Positions 59,474 to 64,000 of a DNA stretch of 64,000 nt are shown here, one piece after another; the stretch's first letter is position 1; each line of letters opens with the position of its first letter. The DNA is taken from IMG/VR virus record IMGVR_UViG_3300006133_000325. One strand, written 5' to 3'. Under the pieces are notes generated by a model that ran no database searches, was not told the DNA's origin, and was given only the letters and a program-made list of their open reading frames with translations. Origin of the DNA: a virus. Lineage: Duplodnaviria > Caudoviricetes. The translations under genes were made by a program, and so were the position numbers.

Positions 59474-60472
59474 TTATATCATACATTGTTCTGCTATGCT
59501 AATAATTTTGTTAATTCCTTCAAATTTGTCAACACCACTTTTCGCCATTTCCCAACACTGACTAAGAAGTTCTCTAAAATCTTCCGATTTTAATGGAATA
59601 ACCGGAGAATTTGATATCTCAATTTCTTCTCCATTTTTCTTTCTAAGCATATAATTAGCATAATCAATACCATATTTATCTGCTTTTCTATCAATTTCAT
59701 TTATATAAATTTTTGTTGTTTCTAGATCAGAATGTCCCATCATAGTTTGCACAATCATAAGATTATCAGCATCTTGTGGATGTAATTTATATATTGTATT
59801 TGCGTAATATTTCCGAAAACTATGTGTACTAATTGGATATGCTAATCCAGTCATTTGTACAGCTTGCTTTAACATTTTACGAAATGCAGCATTAGAATTC
59901 AAAAAAATTTTTTCTTTATAATGTTCCATTGGATTTATTTTTACCAATTTGCAATATTCCTCAATATAATTTTTTGCAAGAGCATTTAATTTAACTCCAA
60001 CCACTTTTCCAGTTTTCTCTTCTTTTAAAGTAGTAAGCCTTTCACGATATTCTCCATTTGACAAATATAGATCTGACCATTTTAATGACAAAGTATCTCC
60101 AACGCGACGCCCAAGTGAAACCATTAAACAACTTGTAAGCCAATGGTGATACATATGATTATCTTTAAAATAATTTAAAACCTTTTCCAAATCTTCATAT
60201 GTTCTAAAAGGATCAACTCTCGTTGATTCATGATTGGTATTTGCAATACTTTTTAAATTTATTACAAGAATATTATTTTCATAATCTGTTTCGCATTCTA
60301 CCCATATCTGGGACTTATAATTAGTAAATTTAATTAAATTTTTTGTTTCGTCTGATTCATTTATTCTGAATCCATATTCATACATATAATTTTCCAATTC
60401 TGTTGGAGAAATAACTTCTCCAATTATATCCTTTTTCATTCTATCAATTTTTTTTGCCATATTCATTAACAC
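59474..60472 (-). CDS. Tyrosine recombinase/integrase
   Basis: GRRVGD, EEKTGK, HSFRK, MGHS...TKIY. Confidence 0.9.
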   Translation of the reverse strand: MLMNMAKKIDRMKKDIIGEVISPTELENYMYEYGFRINESDETKNLIKFTNYKSQIWVECETDYENNILVINLKSIANTNHESTRVDPFRTYEDLEKVLNYFKDNHMYHHWLTSCLMVSLGRRVGDTLSLKWSDLYLSNGEYRERLTTLKEEKTGKVVGVKLNALAKNYIEEYCKLVKINPMEHYKEKIFLNSNAAFRKMLKQAVQMTGLAYPISTHSFRKYYANTIYKLHPQDADNLMIVQTMMGHSDLETTKIYINEIDRKADKYGIDYANYMLRKKNGEEIEISNSPVIPLKSEDFRELLSQCWEMAKSGVDKFEGINKIISIAEQCMI

Positions 60473-60739
60473 ATCCTTTTTTGCAGAAAATAATCTATCA
60501 TATTCTTAATATCTTCCATATACCAAAATGAACATACTTCTTTGTATTACGATAAATATAGCCCCTAATTCTAGTATATTATACGAAAATATTAGGAAAT
60601 ACAATACTATTCTTTTTTATTATCCTGATTTTTCTCATATTATTAGTCGCTTCTTTAATTCCCAATTTTTTAAAACATTCTTTCAACAACTTCCTCCTAT
60701 CATTCTCCATAATATTTTCCAAAATGATATAAGCAATTT

Positions 60740-62362
60740 TTATACATCTGTTTCAATCATCTTGATGGAATTCATAGGATTATATATAAAATAATCTGCA
60801 TTAGCAACCGTTTTCTTATATTCCTCATATCCTTCAAAATCATCTACTACTTCTCTTTCTTCTTTTGTCATATCTTTATAAGATTTTTTCCCATATCCAG
60901 GTGGAAGCCATTTCTTTTTCTGACTTCCGAAAATATTGAGTTTCTTTAAAAGTTCCGCATTGATAAATTCTATATGACATGTACCTTTTTTATAAAAAGT
61001 GACGTAAAAATATTTGAGTTGTATCTTCTTGGTTTGCTTTTCTTGTTCTGCTCTTCTTAAAGTAATTTCTATATCTATACTTTCTGTAATTCCTCCATCT
61101 AAGTAATTCAAAGCTTTCTCTATATCTTTTAATGGTTCCACCACAGTATAGTTAGGCTGAAACTCTCCACTCCATTCTGAAAAAGCATTCATATAGGGTA
61201 AAATAACCTTTTTATTTATATACCATGCCTTATTTGTTTTCCACCCATTATAGTAATGGATATTCTTAGAAAATTCATCACTATAAGAATATTGATGAGA
61301 TAGTTTATCAAATAACTCAATGATACAATCTTCAATCCCTTTAACCAACTCTTGGCTTATTTGTAGCTGTATGCACTTAATATTATAAATGGAAAAATCA
61401 TAATCAGATAGTTCCTCCACTTTCGCAAAATATTGTTTTGCTAAATTAGATGTCATTTTTCCAGTAAATTTTGTATTACAAAACAAAGCATTCCAATATT
61501 TTCTCCTAACACGTCTCACAAAAGAATTTGTTGATAAGTTACTTTCATTTTTTATAGTCAAGCATAAAATGGGACTTTTATGACTGTCATTTCTTAGATC
61601 ATCTAATATATAGGGAGACATTGCTTTATACTCTTGAATCAGTCTTATTCCTGCCTCGACTTCCATCTCATACATTTTAACGGCAGCTTCTATAAAATCA
61701 TTTGGAACTAAATCTGTTATATTTTGATAAATATTCTCCTGATAAGACTTTTTCTTTAAATCCTCAAAAATAAAGCTTTTACTCTCTTTATAAGGAATAC
61801 ATACTTTAACAACTGCAATCTCTACATCTGTTCTCCGTTCTGCTTTTATAAATTCATTTTCCATATATTGAATATCTGCCTCTAACTCTTTCAGACGGTT
61901 AATCAATACTTTCCGTTCATTTGTATATGGATTTTTGATAGTTTCCGCATTAAGAATACAAAGGATATCTCCACCATCTTTTTGTAAATCTAATGCTTTC
62001 AACAAATGTGCTGCACCACTACTAAACGGCGGATTCATGATAATCAGTCCATATCTCTTATATGTATGAAACGTTAAAAAATTGTCATGTATTACTCTGA
62101 AGTTTTTTCCGATTAAAATACTTCTTAATTCTCGATCTATTTCTATACAATCAATATCTAACCCTTTTTCGCTCCATATTTCACTTTTATATTTTTCTTT
62201 AACATATTCTGCAATATCGCCTTTCCCAGCAGATGGTTCCAAAACAGTTCCAACTTTATCCCATTCAAAACCTTTTGTAATTTTATCTAGCAGCTCTATT
62301 GGAGTAGGATAAAATTCGTCTACACTGTATTTCATATTTAGTTCCCTCCTGTTAATTTTCAA
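60740..62362 (-). CDS. DUF4942-type class I SAM-dependent DNA methyltransferase
   Basis: FYPTP, LEPSAGKG, MNPPF, YKKGTCH, WLPP.YG. Confidence 0.85.
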   Translation of the reverse strand: MKINRRELNMKYSVDEFYPTPIELLDKITKGFEWDKVGTVLEPSAGKGDIAEYVKEKYKSEIWSEKGLDIDCIEIDRELRSILIGKNFRVIHDNFLTFHTYKRYGLIIMNPPFSSGAAHLLKALDLQKDGGDILCILNAETIKNPYTNERKVLINRLKELEADIQYMENEFIKAERRTDVEIAVVKVCIPYKESKSFIFEDLKKKSYQENIYQNITDLVPNDFIEAAVKMYEMEVEAGIRLIQEYKAMSPYILDDLRNDSHKSPILCLTIKNESNLSTNSFVRRVRRKYWNALFCNTKFTGKMTSNLAKQYFAKVEELSDYDFSIYNIKCIQLQISQELVKGIEDCIIELFDKLSHQYSYSDEFSKNIHYYNGWKTNKAWYINKKVILPYMNAFSEWSGEFQPNYTVVEPLKDIEKALNYLDGGITESIDIEITLRRAEQEKQTKKIQLKYFYVTFYKKGTCHIEFINAELLKKLNIFGSQKKKWLPPGYGKKSYKDMTKEEREVVDDFEGYEEYKKTVANADYFIYNPMNSIKMIETDV

Positions 62363-62583
62363 TTAAAAAAGCACCTGGATTATATTTCTCCAAATGCTTT
62401 TCATTTTCACTACTATATTTCATTTACTAATTTTACTATTTGCCTCAATATATCTTATCATATTATTCAACGTTTTTTTTTGGGAATTCGTGAATTATTA
62501 TTGCAAAGTAATGCCTTTCCTGAACTTGTTATCCAAATTTTTGTTGCCTTTGTTGTCGCTTTTCCCTCTGCTATGAACCAATC

Positions 62584-62856
62584 CTAAAGATTTGAGGCAT
62601 TTAAAATACCCACTTCTTTGGAAAATTCCATTATTAAATGAGCATTATTACGAATAAATTCTTTAAAATAATCCATTTCCGTATCAGAATATCCTTTTAT
62701 ATCTTCCCAAAAATAATCTGGCAGATAACATGTGGCGTTATGGAATCCATCTTTTAAATCAGGTGTTTCTATATATACCCTTACTCTACCATCTGATAAC
62801 ATTTCTGAATGTGTAATCTCTGTATCATCATTCAATGTTACATACGGATACATCAT
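62584..62856 (-). CDS. Hypothetical protein
   Basis: GGAGG RBS; MMYPYVTL.D.TEITHS. Confidence 0.7.
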   Translation of the reverse strand: MMYPYVTLNDDTEITHSEMLSDGRVRVYIETPDLKDGFHNATCYLPDYFWEDIKGYSDTEMDYFKEFIRNNAHLIMEFSKEVGILNASNL

Positions 62857-63141
62857 AAATATACCTCCCTATATCGTCAAGTGATTTCCCTTAAAAAATC
62901 AAGGAATTTATAGTTTCATATCTCAGACGAATGAGCCAAGGAGATGGGCATTTCTCTGTATCTCCTTTTTTATAATTCTATTATAATCTCCTTCTGTCAT
63001 AACATGAGCTGATACTTTATCTATTATAACAGTAACCATAACATTTCTACAACACTTAAATTTTGATATTTTCTTCAAATTTCCATCATATTTTCCCCTA
63101 ATTTAAAAAGCCACTAGATTCCCTAATGGCTTTTATTCTAG

Positions 63142-63348
63142 TTATTTGCCTTTTGGCTTATCATATGCCCCGCGAATCATCTTTTGATTGATTTGTTGCT
63201 TTGACATACCAGATCCAATATCCTTTTGCAATAACACCCAGTCAATCTCCATCCCTTCCGGCGGAAGATAATGATGCGCTTGCTGTTCTAATGACTGGCG
63301 GCACACATAAGGAATTAAAATAATGATAAGTATAATCAAAATTGCCAT
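63142..63348 (-). CDS. Small membrane protein
   Basis: N-terminal TM helix, GGAGG RBS, downstream hairpin. Confidence 0.6.
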   Translation of the reverse strand: MAILIILIIILIPYVCRQSLEQQAHHYLPPEGMEIDWVLLQKDIGSGMSKQQINQKMIRGAYDKPKGK

Positions 63349-63818
63349 AATAAAACCTCCATTTCTTTAGATTTTTTGTAAGCATATATTTATCATTTAT
63401 CCATTCCCATTACTTCTTTAAAAATTGCCTTGTCAAAGTTTGGGATTGTTATAATAATTGCTTTTCTGACTATCAGAAAACTAAATGTATTCAAGTACGC
63501 CTTTACTTCTGCAATCTTATCTTTCACATAATTCATATTTTTTATATTTACCTTCATACCATATTTCATTAGTATCATACAAGATATCTTTTATCGTTCT
63601 ATTTCAAGATTATACAATATATAATCTGCGATGTATTCTATTATATCATCTTCATCCTTAAAAATCTATCCCCAAAATTTTTGCAAAACTTCTACGTCTA
63701 ACTTATATCAACTATCAAATGTATTATACCTTTTACCTAGAAATGCTTGCTTCTTCTCATTCCATATTTTTCTCCAATCTTCTTATTTTTCATCATTAAA
63801 TACATTTTATCCTTTTCC

Positions 63819-63859
63819 AGCAAGAAGACTCCGACCTCTAAGGTTGGAGATGAATTGCC
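63819..63859. mobile_element. Probable IS200/IS605-family terminal hairpin
   Basis: GCAAGAAGACTCCGACCTCTAAGGTTGGAGATGAATTGC resembles subterminal palindromes of Firmicutes tnpB elements; no transposase in window. Confidence 0.5.
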
Positions 63860-64000
63860 TTCCTCTTGCCTTTTTCCAAAAGTTCTGCTATACTAAGCAC
63901 AATGATTAGTACATTGACAACTAGGATATAGCAGGTTGCACAGAGAAAACCAATATGCGAAAACCAAGCGTCCTTCTGTGCGTAAAATATCCAAGGTACG

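Noticed and set aside
7261-62576. Numerous plus-strand ORFs antisense to long minus-strand genes (e.g. 45927-46616, 12636-13025, 32196-32636)
   Set aside because: Ser/Phe/Ile-rich shadow translations without RBS or motifs
1-64000. tRNA or rRNA genes, virion structural genes and att sites
   Set aside because: None recognisable by eye; tRNAscan-SE/ARAGORN and flanking sequence are needed to exclude them

Overview
AT-rich window that reads as the early, replication and accessory arm of a large SPbeta-like temperate phage or prophage of a Clostridia host (Lachnospiraceae-like; inferred). Almost all genes lie on the minus strand and no virion structural genes are visible. From left to right: nucleotide metabolism (partial gmk, thyX), a SleB-type hydrolase, an HPr-like protein and a decayed ligA. 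The replication block has an ERCC4 nuclease, DnaE split by a group I intron with a GIY-YIG endonuclease, a PD-(D/E)xK nuclease, primase-helicase, SSB and a Sak4-like ATPase. Next come a cluster of orphan DNA methyltransferases, a Ter-type stress module (P-type ATPase, vWA, TerD, PspA-like) and a radical SAM gene with three 'FETNSSS' paralogs. These are followed by RNA-repair enzymes (PNK-phosphatase-ligase, Thg1), a radical SAM/SPASM gene with a Cys-rich peptide, a sigma factor and DUF262. The right end holds an immunity region (Xre repressors, BRO/KilAC antirepressor), toxin-antitoxin and TIR genes, a tyrosine recombinase, a DUF4942 methyltransferase and a probable IS200/IS605 end. The most novel-looking signals are a repeated ~40-nt 'two-palindrome' leader element with covariation in front of three MTase genes (variants before two other genes), two structured intergenic RNA candidates, the SPASM/peptide pair, the FETNSSS/radical SAM system and a captured flgB fragment. 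Many pseudogenes carry internal deletions. All calls come from reading motifs by eye; no searches were run.
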